A stretch of DNA of 35,005 nucleotides from the IMG/VR virus record IMGVR_UViG_3300035396_000446, positions 1 to 35,005 of that record. The stretch is one strand, 5' to 3'. The notes beneath the pieces are model-generated. The model saw only the letters and a program-made list of their open reading frames with translations. It was not told the DNA's origin and made no database searches. The DNA comes from a virus. Taxonomy: Duplodnaviria > Heunggongvirae > Uroviricota > Caudoviricetes. Shown here piece after piece: positions 16,797-28,400 of the stretch. Each line of letters opens with the position of its first letter. Positions within the stretch are counted from its first letter, which is position 1. The translations under genes were made by a program, and so were the position numbers.

Positions 16797-19700
16797 ACTG
16801 TTCTATTTATCCTTAATGATATTGCTAAATCAGTAGCACCACTTACTGAGGTTAAAACAACATCTATTGTTTGATTTGCTGTAAAAGTATTTGCTGCTGT
16901 GGCTTGTGTATTACTTATAACAGAAGTTACTGCTATTGCGCCTAAACTTGTTATAGAGGTTGTATCTATTCTAAAATTAGCGGTACAAGTTCCAGCAGAT
17001 GTTTTACAATCTGCATAAGTAATAGTACCTGCATAATTAGTTCTTAATCTAATAACATACGATTTATTTGTAGGAGATTCAATAAAGAAATCTAATTGGT
17101 CTGCAACATTTCCATCAGATGATAATAAAAATGTTGCGTCCACACCTTTATCAGGAATAGTATAAGTTCTACTAGCAGCAGGTGCGGTTGAAGAAATAGT
17201 AACTGTATTGGTTGTTCCTAATGTTAATTGATTTGTAGTTTTAGAAATTGTTAGTTGTGTGTTATCTAAGTATACTTGTTCTTTTGAATAAATGCCATAT
17301 TTTAAAACTGCTGGATTTATAGTTGAGATTAATCCTATATATGCACCATATATAGTTCCTGTAGACCCTTCTTGACTAACTGCATTATCTGCTATTCTAA
17401 ATCCATAAAAATCTCTATAACCAGAGAAGTGATCTACATCAAATGCAACTCCATAAGGAGTAGTAGCGTCGGTTCCGACTCCAGCAGCTACAGCAATTGC
17501 CCCACCAGTATCACCATTAGTTTTATACGCCTCTGAATAGATACCCCATGCACTTCCCTCTGATGATGCGTTTTCAACATTAGAAAAGATACTAATTCCT
17601 ACTGCATCCCCAGTACCTGCTCCAGTAACAAAAGCATTTATGTCTAATGCTTTTCTTGCAGTACCATCAGTGGAATCTACATCAATAGTAGTTTCAGAAT
17701 TTATTTGAAAAGTATCTGCCCCAGCATCATATAATAATGCTTGACCGCTACTATTTTTATTAATAGTAAAATCAGAATCAGTTGCTGTACTATTTATTAT
17801 AAGACCTCTTGATATAGTAACTGAATCGGCTATTAAAGCAATTAATGTTGTTGCAAATGTAGCAACATCAGTCAAACCGTTCTCTAATGTAAAAGTTCCT
17901 GATGACCAACTTATTGCCTGAGCTGCTTGTCTATATGTAGTTGTTCCTAAAGTTATATCATCATTTGCTATTATTGTCCCTCTTGTCGCATCTGATGTCG
18001 ATTGTAAAGTTAAATTTTCAGATGCAGCAGTTCCACCAATAATAGTTTGTCCACCAGCAACACCATCTTTATTTACTGCTTGGTCATCTATTTTATCGAA
18101 TGCTAATTGAGCATTTGTTTCAGTTGCAGTTAGAACTCTATTAAAATTAGAAATGTCAAGAGATACATCTGTTCCTGAAACTGCTGTCGTACCAGTGCCT
18201 ATAACAGTCCCAGTAACGGTTGCTACTCTTAGGTTAATAAAAGATGCATCAGATATTCTTGGATTCTGATTGTTAGTATTTAAAAAAGTTATTCTATAAA
18301 ATGGAACAACTTCTTGAAATGGTAGAGCAGTGAGTCCACTTAGATTTTGGAATTGAAAAGGTGTTTGTGTTAATGCAGTACTTAAAGTAGCAGTTGTACT
18401 TTGACCTTGACCACATATTGCAATAACAGGTTCAGATGTATTATTTGTTGCGAGTAAATACATAGGAATATATCTATTAGATGTTCCATTAGTAAAAGTA
18501 CCATTAGTTGCATTATTATATTGTGCTACCCCAGTTGCTATGTTTGTAGTAGTTGCTGCAAGATTTGATTTGACTACTGTAAAATCACCAGTTGCTAATT
18601 TTCTCCAAAGATTTGTTCCAGCATTAAAATAATAAATTGGCATTCTACCACCAACTACTATCGCATCTCCTGTTGTTAAACCAGTGACTGATGTAACTGT
18701 AAATGTAGTTCCCGTTCCACCAGTAGTTATAGTAGTAGTTCCTCTAACAGTTGTAGTATTTCCAGCCATCACAGTTATTGCTTGACCAGTTGCTAAAGTT
18801 CTTGAAGTAGGAAATACTATTGTAGTGGCATTTGTTCCTGTATCTGCTAATGCAGTAAACCCTAAGAATTGTTCTACTGTTAAACCCCAATTTGTAGAAG
18901 GTGTATCGACGGTAGAAGAATAAGAAGCATCCGAGTGAACAATAGTATTTAAAATATCTTCGTCAAAGAATGACCCACCAGATATTTGAATCATTGTTCT
19001 ACCAAAATTATTATTTGTATTTCCTGATAGATTTGTTAAACCATTATATTGACTAAATGTTAGTCCATTTTTATATAAAGCACCCTGTGAGTGATTCCTT
19101 GCATGTTGAAAAATATCTCTACCTGCTGTATGTCTTTCTTCTCCAACCCACATAAAAGTATTGCCAGTTGCTTCAAAATAAGCATTCCATAATAAAACAT
19201 CTGGGTCATAAATACTCCAAGGAGTTTTGGTTAAAGATATTACTGGTGATGCGACATCTGTTGTAGATTGGTTTACGTATAAAAACCAAGTTCCTTCAGA
19301 TGCTACTGCTGTTTGAGTATATGCAGATAGTTCAGTGGCAGTTACTGTAAACTTTTTGTCATTTAGATAATAACTAAAAGAAGTATTAGCACCTACAAAT
19401 GAAATTGTAGCAATAATATTTCCTGCATCATAAGTAAATGCTACTTTAAATTTACTTCTTTCACTCCATGGAATACCAGTGTTTATATGAGTATCCAATC
19501 CTACTTCTGCTGAATTTCTGTTTAAATCTGATATAAAAACATCTGTAAAAGTTGGATTATCAGTTGAATTTATTGCTTGGTCTGAATGATAATAATTATT
19601 GGTTGTTGGATTTCCACCTTGAATATTATTTGTATCATTATGCGAAATAATACTTGCACCACAATATTTAACATCAAAGGCACTATCAGTAATACCGGCG

Positions 19701-21313
19701 GATGCACCATTCTGAATGATTGAACGTCCTACTAAAACACAATGTTGTTTTATTACTAAAGGTAAATCTGATCTTTCAGATTCTAGTTCTGCATCACCAT
19801 ATCTTTTATGATTGCCTGTTCCTAAGACATAGAAGGTTTCTTTAACATTACCAATAGAACGATAATGCCATCTTATGCCATAATATGCGGCAGTTAATGT
19901 TGTAGGCCCTGTTAAAGGGTTATACTGAGTGTTATCATAAGTGGAAGCAGATGTTGTAAAAGACCATGTCCCATTTGTTACACTTGCCATTGTATATAAA
20001 TCTGTTGCAGATGTATATGCTTGAACCCATTGGATAAAAGTTCCAGCATAAACATAAGATTCTGTTATACTAATTACTCTTGAAGATTCTGAAATAATTA
20101 AACCAGTGCTTCCTGCTCTGCTATATGGTTGAGTTGCTTGTAAACATGCTGCTATTTTTTCAGGTAGAGCAACACCAGGAGCATCCCCAGATAAACTATG
20201 AATAGTATTTCCTGTTCTCCAGCATTTATAGATTGGAACTTTTGTAGCATAATCAAATGAATTAGCATTTGATGCTAAAGCAACTATTGGAGTTCCACCA
20301 TTATAATCAACATAAAGATATTGAGAAATACCATCAGTAAAACTATGAGGACCAGATGCTGCAATAGTATATTTTTCTATTGTTGTTAAACCATTTGTAT
20401 TTGATTTTAATAATACATCAAATCCACCTAGATCAGCAGTGCCATCATTATTATCTGTGAATGTAGGTTCAGTTCCATATACACCAACTGTGGTATATTT
20501 TCTAAGTGTATCAAGAACATCAGTATCTACTATTTTTTTCCAAACTGCTGCAATTTCTGTTGAATCAGTACATATAAAAACAGAATCAGTAGCAGTGTTT
20601 ATCCATACGTCGGAAACTCTATAAACAGTTCCGTTTGTCCCTTCACCATCATCCGCAATAGATGGGTCTGAGGTACGTTGATATTGATTTGCTTTTAGCG
20701 ATAGCCCTGTATTAACAGCGGCAGAAGTGGGTACGGTAGAATCATCTACTCCTAAAGTTGTTACGATAGTCTTAGCTGAGTCTTTTATGACTTTACCTGT
20801 CGTAGAGTCGAATAAAGCAATCCCATTGTCAACAGAACTAGCAGGGCCTGTTACTGCACCACTAATATTCTTTTGAATTACATTCCAATATATTCCAACG
20901 GTCGCTTGATTTCCACTAGCAGTAGAATCAGTATTACATAAAATTAAATCCCCAACCTCTACTTCTACACCAGATGCTCCACCTATTTTACCAGCAACTG
21001 ATACAATATATAACCAACCAGCATCAGCAGCTGGATAATTAGGATTAGTAGAGCAATCTATAACACCTTTATATACAAGAGCATTTGCTTCTCCAAGTAT
21101 ATTATTTATTTGTGTTTGGATAGAACTTGTTACACCTTTTAAATAACTTAACTCTGTTAGTGAGGGGTAAGTAGCAACTGGTAAAGAAACAACATTATTA
21201 TTCGAGTCTAAGGATAGTATTTCAGAGTGTGTTATATCAGTAATAGCAACTCCATTACTAAAGGTAACTAAATCACCAAATGTTTGTTGTTCGTTCTGGT
21301 CCAAATAACTCAT
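16793..21313 (-). CDS. Giant modular virion fibre/decoration protein (1506 aa)
   Basis: Thr/Gly/Ser-rich, with phage fibre modules (YPSLTELSYLKGVTSSIQTQIN, VTGPASS.D..IALFD.TTGK.IK, HND..NIQGG...YYH). GAGGAG SD. Confidence 0.85.
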   Translation of the reverse strand: MSYLDQNEQQTFGDLVTFSNGVAITDITHSEILSLDSNNNVVSLPVATYPSLTELSYLKGVTSSIQTQINNILGEANALVYKGVIDCSTNPNYPAADAGWLYIVSVAGKIGGASGVEVEVGDLILCNTDSTASGNQATVGIYWNVIQKNISGAVTGPASSVDNGIALFDSTTGKVIKDSAKTIVTTLGVDDSTVPTSAAVNTGLSLKANQYQRTSDPSIADDGEGTNGTVYRVSDVWINTATDSVFICTDSTEIAAVWKKIVDTDVLDTLRKYTTVGVYGTEPTFTDNNDGTADLGGFDVLLKSNTNGLTTIEKYTIAASGPHSFTDGISQYLYVDYNGGTPIVALASNANSFDYATKVPIYKCWRTGNTIHSLSGDAPGVALPEKIAACLQATQPYSRAGSTGLIISESSRVISITESYVYAGTFIQWVQAYTSATDLYTMASVTNGTWSFTTSASTYDNTQYNPLTGPTTLTAAYYGIRWHYRSIGNVKETFYVLGTGNHKRYGDAELESERSDLPLVIKQHCVLVGRSIIQNGASAGITDSAFDVKYCGASIISHNDTNNIQGGNPTTNNYYHSDQAINSTDNPTFTDVFISDLNRNSAEVGLDTHINTGIPWSERSKFKVAFTYDAGNIIATISFVGANTSFSYYLNDKKFTVTATELSAYTQTAVASEGTWFLYVNQSTTDVASPVISLTKTPWSIYDPDVLLWNAYFEATGNTFMWVGEERHTAGRDIFQHARNHSQGALYKNGLTFSQYNGLTNLSGNTNNNFGRTMIQISGGSFFDEDILNTIVHSDASYSSTVDTPSTNWGLTVEQFLGFTALADTGTNATTIVFPTSRTLATGQAITVMAGNTTTVRGTTTITTGGTGTTFTVTSVTGLTTGDAIVVGGRMPIYYFNAGTNLWRKLATGDFTVVKSNLAATTTNIATGVAQYNNATNGTFTNGTSNRYIPMYLLATNNTSEPVIAICGQGQSTTATLSTALTQTPFQFQNLSGLTALPFQEVVPFYRITFLNTNNQNPRISDASFINLRVATVTGTVIGTGTTAVSGTDVSLDISNFNRVLTATETNAQLAFDKIDDQAVNKDGVAGGQTIIGGTAASENLTLQSTSDATRGTIIANDDITLGTTTYRQAAQAISWSSGTFTLENGLTDVATFATTLIALIADSVTISRGLIINSTATDSDFTINKNSSGQALLYDAGADTFQINSETTIDVDSTDGTARKALDINAFVTGAGTGDAVGISIFSNVENASSEGSAWGIYSEAYKTNGDTGGAIAVAAGVGTDATTPYGVAFDVDHFSGYRDFYGFRIADNAVSQEGSTGTIYGAYIGLISTINPAVLKYGIYSKEQVYLDNTQLTISKTTNQLTLGTTNTVTISSTAPAASRTYTIPDKGVDATFLLSSDGNVADQLDFFIESPTNKSYVIRLRTNYAGTITYADCKTSAGTCTANFRIDTTSITSLGAIAVTSVISNTQATAANTFTANQTIDVVLTSVSGATDLAISLRINRTV

Positions 21314-21344
21314 AATAACTCCTCACCATTATTTATATCATAAA

Positions 21345-22463
21345 TCATATTGATGTTCCTTTTAATTTAGCAATTTCAATTCCTGCCTGTAAAAAGGCCC
21401 CTACTGCATAATTTCCTTGTGATGAAGAATTCCATAATGTTGCTGGGTATGGGTCTTTACCAATATCTTGAGTCCAACCAACAATTCCGCTATCTCTTAA
21501 ACAGTATTTAATTAACCCATTCCATCCTTTAGTAATAAAGGGTAGATAAGTAGAATCTAAGAATCCATTTCTTACACCCCAAGCCATTCCCCATACAAAA
21601 AATGATGTACCAGAGGATTCTAATAAATCAGGGTCTTGTGGGTCTAGCAAGTTAGCAGACCATAAACCAGTATCATTTTGAATAGTTATTAATTTTGCTG
21701 CCATATTTTGAAACATCGTAATATACTCTGCTCTATTAGCATTATCTATTGGAAGTTCAGTTAATATTCTAACAAGCATTCCAAATACCCACCCATTCCC
21801 TCTTGACCAAAATACTTTTTGTCCATTAGCAGATATAACTTTAGGGTAAACATAAGCCGCATCTCTAAACCATAAATGTTCATCTGTGTCATATAATCCA
21901 GTAATTTCAAGTTCAGAAATAGGTTGTTCATATCCAGACCAACGAAAATAACTATACATTTTGTCAAGAAAATTGTTATCATCTTCTTCTACACCAACCT
22001 TAACAAATGTTGGCATTGCCATGTATAATGCATCACACCATGTCCAATAATTTACAGCAGGTAATGCGATTTGTGCAGTAAGATTTGCTAAAGTATTAGA
22101 ATACTTATTTACATCTATTCTGCCTTCATGTCTATAATAATCTATATAAGATTGTCCCGCAGTTTGGTCATCAGCATGGTATGCGTCTGTTCTCACTGGT
22201 TTTAACCAGGAATGTTTATTACCCCAACCTAAAATATAATTCCAAGTATTTGTATCATTAAGATATTCTGCAACTGCAACTGCCCCATGAAAGTAAACCG
22301 CACTATCCCATTTATTATCTTCATATAGTGGGTATGATGCTTTCCAATAAGAATTTGCTAACTGCACAGCACTTATTATCTCACTGTACGGTGGTAGTAT
22401 ACTAATTCCTTTTTCAGAAATCTGCTTGCTTAATCTATTGTACTTACTTATTTGTGTAGGCAT
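21345..22463 (-). CDS. Glycoside hydrolase, GH105/GH88 clan (unsaturated uronyl hydrolase, YteR-like); start revised to ATG 22463 (372 aa)
   Basis: WDSAVYFHG, ADDQ..GQ.Y, WCDALYMAMP (catalytic-Asp motif), LWFRD, FWSRGNGW and ESSGTSFF..GMAWG..NG motifs. The ATG lies 1 nt after the upstream stop. No signal peptide evident. Confidence 0.9.
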   Translation of the reverse strand: MPTQISKYNRLSKQISEKGISILPPYSEIISAVQLANSYWKASYPLYEDNKWDSAVYFHGAVAVAEYLNDTNTWNYILGWGNKHSWLKPVRTDAYHADDQTAGQSYIDYYRHEGRIDVNKYSNTLANLTAQIALPAVNYWTWCDALYMAMPTFVKVGVEEDDNNFLDKMYSYFRWSGYEQPISELEITGLYDTDEHLWFRDAAYVYPKVISANGQKVFWSRGNGWVFGMLVRILTELPIDNANRAEYITMFQNMAAKLITIQNDTGLWSANLLDPQDPDLLESSGTSFFVWGMAWGVRNGFLDSTYLPFITKGWNGLIKYCLRDSGIVGWTQDIGKDPYPATLWNSSSQGNYAVGAFLQAGIEIAKLKGTSI

Positions 22464-22464
22464 T

Positions 22465-25400
22465 TTATTTAATCCAATAGTTAGTACTATCACATACAAA
22501 AGTAAGTGAATTATTTTGAGATATTATTACTTTCCCAACTGTTCCTAATGTTCCATCTATATTACCTGAAGAACTTTTAATTGTAACAGTATTTGTTGAA
22601 CTATCTGTTTTTTTAACAGTAAATGTATATCCATTATATTTAGATTCTGGTTCTAATAGATTCACTACAATATTTCCAGAAGTTGCATCTGCTAAAATAA
22701 AATCATCAGTTTCAGTAGCATTATCAGTCGCAGTAATTGCTCTGATTGTGGTATCGTTATTTCTAGTTACTGCTTCACTAGGTCTCCATGGGAGTATAAG
22801 TAATGTGTTAGCATCTATAACATAACATATAGGAGCTTGATATTGTCCTTCTGCTGATGGGATTGTTTCTGTTATTACACCAGCAGTAGTAGGAGACACA
22901 TAATAATAGTCTCCAATTGTTAATCCATGTCCTGTTATAAGTGCATGTCCTACCGACATAAACTTAAAGTTATCACCATCGACAACTTTGGTAACAATGC
23001 CAATACCTAATGTATTAGGACTATTGGCTTGTGCTTTTGTCCAAGTACCAGCATTATTATATATTGCATCAAGTACGACAAAACCATGAGTAGCTTGGGT
23101 TACAGATACTTGTAAGTAAGATTCATTTATTGCTCCAGTGCTTGTTATCGCACCAGTGCTTGCTATATCACCTCTAACATCTAACGTAGATAATGCTGTT
23201 TGACTAGTAAATGATTGAAAGTTTTCCCCAAGACCAACAATTACTTTTTGGTCAGATGTTACTCGTAAGCCTTCATACGTATTTCCACCACTACTAACTT
23301 GTGTTGTTGCTTTTTGAGTACATAATACTAATGCTCCTGGCATATCTTCTGCCGTAACAACACCGTCGACACCACAAAATATATCTGCTCCAGTTCTCCA
23401 TCCAGTACCAGCAGAGGCAGTCTCAGTTATACCAGCGGAAACTTTTCCAATAAATCTGAAAGCCCCGACAATATCATTTGCATTAACAGTAGTTGGAGCA
23501 GCAATAGTCCCTCTGGCTTTATACATTTTATTATAAGCGCTAAATTTACTTGTTCCAGATGCTCTAAGTATTGACATTGAGGCATCAAGACCAGTACCTG
23601 TTATAATAACCCTATCGGATAAACCTAAGTCTGTATCTCCGATTATAATTTGCTGCCCAAAAAAAGCATGTCCAGCTACTCCAAGTCCACCATCAGTTTG
23701 GATACTTCCAGTTGTGGTTGATGTTGAATCTGTTGTACTGTCTACAACTATATCATTATTAAATGTTTTTATTCCAGCTATTGTCTGAGCACCCGTTGTT
23801 AATACACCTCTAACAGTTGCACTTGCATCAGGCACGTGAACTGTTATAGAGTTTGCGGCATGTACTATGCCAAGGTCATTTGACTGAGCAGTTGTACCAA
23901 GACTTAATGTTTTATATTCATTAGCTGTAGCACCACTATTCATACCAAGAAGTTGATTAGCCGTACCTAATGCTAATTGTTTTATTATTTTACCAGTAGT
24001 AGAATCGAATAGAGCAATTGCATTATCAGTTGAAGAAGCTGGTCCTGTGACTTCTCCATCGATATTAGTTTGAACAACCGTCCAGTCAGCATCAAGATTT
24101 CCACTACCTGCCCTATCTACTATAGCAATAATTAAATCACCAACTTGACAAACAACCCCAGCATATGTACCAGCAGTAATTATTTTATAAGTCCATCCAG
24201 CACTATACGTAGTAGGTAATACAGTAATAGTACCACCAGTACCTAGTGTACCTTTAAATACCATTGCATCGCTTATTCCTAATAAATCATCTACATATTT
24301 TTTATTCGCTGCTTGATAATCAGTTGTCGGTGCAGATGAAGGAGTAAGTGGAAAACTACCGAATGTTTTTATACCATTGATTGTTTGAGCACTTTCAGTC
24401 ATTACAAATGTTGCATTTGTTCCAGCATCTGGGATAGTATAAGTTCTACTTGCAGCAGGGGCAGGACTTGTTAAAGTTGTTGTATTAGTTGCACCTAAAA
24501 CTATTTGACCACTTGTTTTTGAAATTATTAATGTTTTATCATTACTTATAGTTGTTTTGGAATTTAATGTTAATTCATCTAGACCTGCATCATAAACAAA
24601 AGCATTTGTTGTATCATCTTTCTTTATAGTAAAATCTTTATCTTCACTATTACTATTAAATACAACAGAGTCAACTACATTTACAGTTCCTCGTGTTGCA
24701 TTTGTTGTAGATTGAAGAGTTAAATTTTCAGAAGCATCTGCTCCACCGATTATTGTCTGTCCTAATGCTTTACCTGTAATTAAATCATTTTTAATATCAT
24801 TTACGGTTCTTGTTAGACCGTTAGAAAATGTTAATGGGACTTCTCTTCCTGATAATGCTGTAGTGACTGCAAGAGATGTTGGTACAGTAGCATCAGTAGA
24901 ACCTAACGTTGCTGTAATAGTCTTAGCAGATCCTTTTATAAATTTACCACTGGTACCATTAAATAAAACAATAACATTATCAGTTGAAGAAGCTGGCCCT
25001 GTTACGGCTCCATCGATATTACCTTGATAAACATCCCATTTAGTATAATCAGATGCTGAGGAAGGAATTGCATTACAAACAATAGCATCCCCTATTTCAA
25101 TTTTTATTGTATTGAATGTTCCTGCTGTCGATGACTTATATGTCTCTCCGACTACTGCTGGATAAGGCCATGTATTTTCAGCAATTGCGAATGCACCTTT
25201 ATAACTAAATAATCCAGCAACTTTTCCAGCCACATAAGTTACTACTGCTGCTTGTGAAGGAACCTTTGTATTTGAATTTGCAGTAAGTGCTCCGTCAGTA
25301 TCTAAATATGATAATGGTAATTGTTGAACATTATCAACACTACCCAAACTTACATCAGTCTTTGTTACAGTTAAAGCGTGAGTATGGGTACTAGTAGTAA

Positions 25401-28400
25401 CTAAATTTGTAGTAGCACCTGTTACTGTCGAAGGTGTTCCGACTGCTAATCCTGTTTGTCCACTTGTAAATCCAAGTCCACTATTTGTTGCAAGTGTAAC
25501 ATCACCACTATTTGTATTTGAAGTATTTCCAATTACAGTTGCTTGAGCATCTGTTACATAATTCTTATTTGTACTTGCTGCAATATCTGCTGTAGTAGCA
25601 TCAGCGCCTGAAGTAACTAGACCTTTAGCGTCATAAGTAATCTTTGTTTTAGTTGCTCCAGTTATAGCTACGTTAGGTACTACTGCGTCACCTTGAGTTA
25701 TAAATGTAGACGTATGTGCTTCATTACCGTGACTTGAAGGAGTTCTAGCGTTTGATAGTCTAGAATCATTACCTTGTACGACTACCCCTGCTGTAGACTC
25801 GCCGTCAGTGGCTAATTCAACAATACCTTTTACAGTTGTAGAAGCATCAGGCTCATCTCCTGTATTAGTTCCAGAGGTATTCCCTAATAGTGTTACTTGA
25901 GCATCTGTTACATAATTCTTATTTGTACTTGCTGCAATATCAGCAGTGGTAGCATCAGCTCCCGAAGTTACTAAACCCTTAGAATCATAAGTGATTTTAG
26001 TTTTAGTAGCACCTGTTATAGCCACATTAGGTACTACTGCATTTGCTTGGGTTATAAAGGTAGAACTATGAGCCTCGTTACCATGGCTTGATGGTGTTCT
26101 AGCATTTGAAAGTCTTGAGTCATTACCTTGAACTACAACGCCTGCTGTAGATTCACCATCTGTTGCTAATTCAACAATACCTTTTACAGTCGTAGACGCA
26201 TCAGGTTCATCCCCTGTATTAGTTCCACTTACAGCATTTAAAGATGTAATGTTTGAGTGTATATCAGTAGAATAAGTTCCTGATGGTTGTTTCCCCGCTA
26301 ATGCATCAAACACTGCATTTTGACTTGGAGCTATGTTAGTAACACCATCTGCAATTGAATCTGCAACTTTTCCATCTGCATAAGAATTAGAAGTTGTATT
26401 TGTAGCATTATCACCACTGTTTGTACCAGAAGTATTTCCAATAACAGTTAATTGAGTATCTGTTACATAATTCTTATTTGTACTTGCTGCAATATCTGCT
26501 GTAGTAGCATCTGTTCCACTTGTGACTAAACCTTTTGCATCATAAGTAATCTTTGTTTTAGTTGCCCCAGTAATAGCAACATTTTCATCTACTTTACCAT
26601 CTAATGCTGATTGTAAATCTGTTTGATTGGAAAGTGTTCCTGTTATATTTCCCCAAACTGCATCTTGCGAAGTAGATGCAATTGTAACCTCTGAACCAGA
26701 AGTTGTAAGAGATATATTAGACCCCTCTATTATCTTCAATGAACCACCAGTTGCTGAAAGTGTAACTGTATGTGAGGTTGCATCAGAAGAATGTGATAAA
26801 GATTGATTACCACTATTTGTCCCAGATGTATTCCCGATAACTATTGCCTGAGCATCAGTAACATAATTTTTATTTGTGCTTGATGCAATATCAGCAGTAG
26901 TAGCATCTGCACCTGCTGTCACTAAACCTTTGGCGTCATAAGTGATTTTAGTTTTAGTTGCTCCTGTTATTGCAACATTCGATGTGACCTTAGTGCCTAG
27001 TCCGGTATTTACTGCTGCGGAGGTAGGAACTGTAGAATCATCTGCCCCCAAAGTTGTTACAATAGTTTTAGCAGAATCTTTTATTACCTTACCAGTTGTA
27101 CTATTAAATAAAGCAATCGCACTATCAGTAGAACTTGCAGGCCCTGTTACTGCACCATCGATATTGGTCTGTGCTACAGTCCAATCCGCATCGAGATTAC
27201 CACTACCCGCCCTATCGACGATAGCGATAACTAAATCCCCAATTTGACATACTGTACCAGCATAGGTACCAGCGGTAATGACTCTATAAGTCCAACCTAC
27301 GCTATATGTGGTTGGTAACGCAGTAATTGTACCACCAGTACCTAATGTACCTTTGAACACCATAGCATCTACTGAGCTTAGTAAGGCATCAACATATTCT
27401 TTTACTAATCTATTAGTAGGGTACTTTGATGTAGAAGTATCTAAAGTTGTATTTTCTTTATTTGCAACATTTTCAGGAGTAAATCCAAGTGCGTCCTGTT
27501 TCGCTGCTAACGCATCAAATACCGCATTTTGAGAAGGCGCAACTGTAGTAATTCCATTCACTATTGCGTCCGTCACTTTACCATCCGCATAAGAATTAGA
27601 GGTTGTATTTGTAGCATTGTCCCCTGTATTTGTTCCACTAACTAAATCTAGTGATGCTCTATTAGAATGAGTAATAGCGGTTCTTTCTGCATCAGAAACA
27701 TATCTTTTATTTAAAGAATCAGTTATATCAGCAGTAGTAGCATCAGCTCCCGAAGTCACTAAACCCTTAGAGTCGTAAGTGACCTTAGTTTTAGTAGCAC
27801 CTGTTATAGCGGTGTTTGGAACTACTGCATTTGCTTGTACTATAAAAGTAGAGGTATGAGCTTCATTACCATGGCTTGAAGGTGTGAATGTAGATGGTTT
27901 ATTTAATATCTGAGCATCACCACTTACAGCATTCCAGTCTGAATTTACATTTTTTTCAGCCCCTACTTCTATTCCATCTAATTTTGTTATCTGAGTAGAA
28001 GTTGCATAACCATCCGCACTAGCAGTTGCTGCACCTAATTTAGTTTTAATGGTTGATTGTGTTTCATCCCCAGTATTTGTATTGCTTACTAAATCTAATG
28101 CTGCTCTATTAGAGTGAGTAATTGCTGTTCTTTCTGCATCACTAACAAATCGTTTATTTAAAGAATCTGAAATATTTGTAGTTGTAGTAGTATCTACGTT
28201 TGCAACATTTGATAAACCTACTTGTGTCTTAGTAACACTATGAGGGTTACTTGTAGAACTAATATGAGTTTGAATATTAGGATTCCCAGGTTCCTTTGAA
28301 TCCCACCCCGCTTTTTCTGTTGTATTAGTAAATTTATTTGTAGTAGCAGCATCAGAAATATCATCTGCATCTAAAACAACTACACCTACTTCACCATTAA

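Noticed and set aside
21330-21337. T4 late promoter consensus TATAAATA upstream of the 1506-aa gene (also at 33133-33140 and 10004-10011)
   Set aside because: Several copies of this all-AT 8-mer are expected by chance. One copy is only 2 nt from an ATG and one is inside coding sequence. The 21330 copy is plausible but unsupported.
25500-27850. Fibre repeats considered as a CRISPR array or as DGR template/variable repeats
   Set aside because: The repeats are in-frame protein repeats with mainly third-position divergence. There is no repeat-spacer structure, no adenine-specific pattern that I could see, and no reverse transcriptase in the window.
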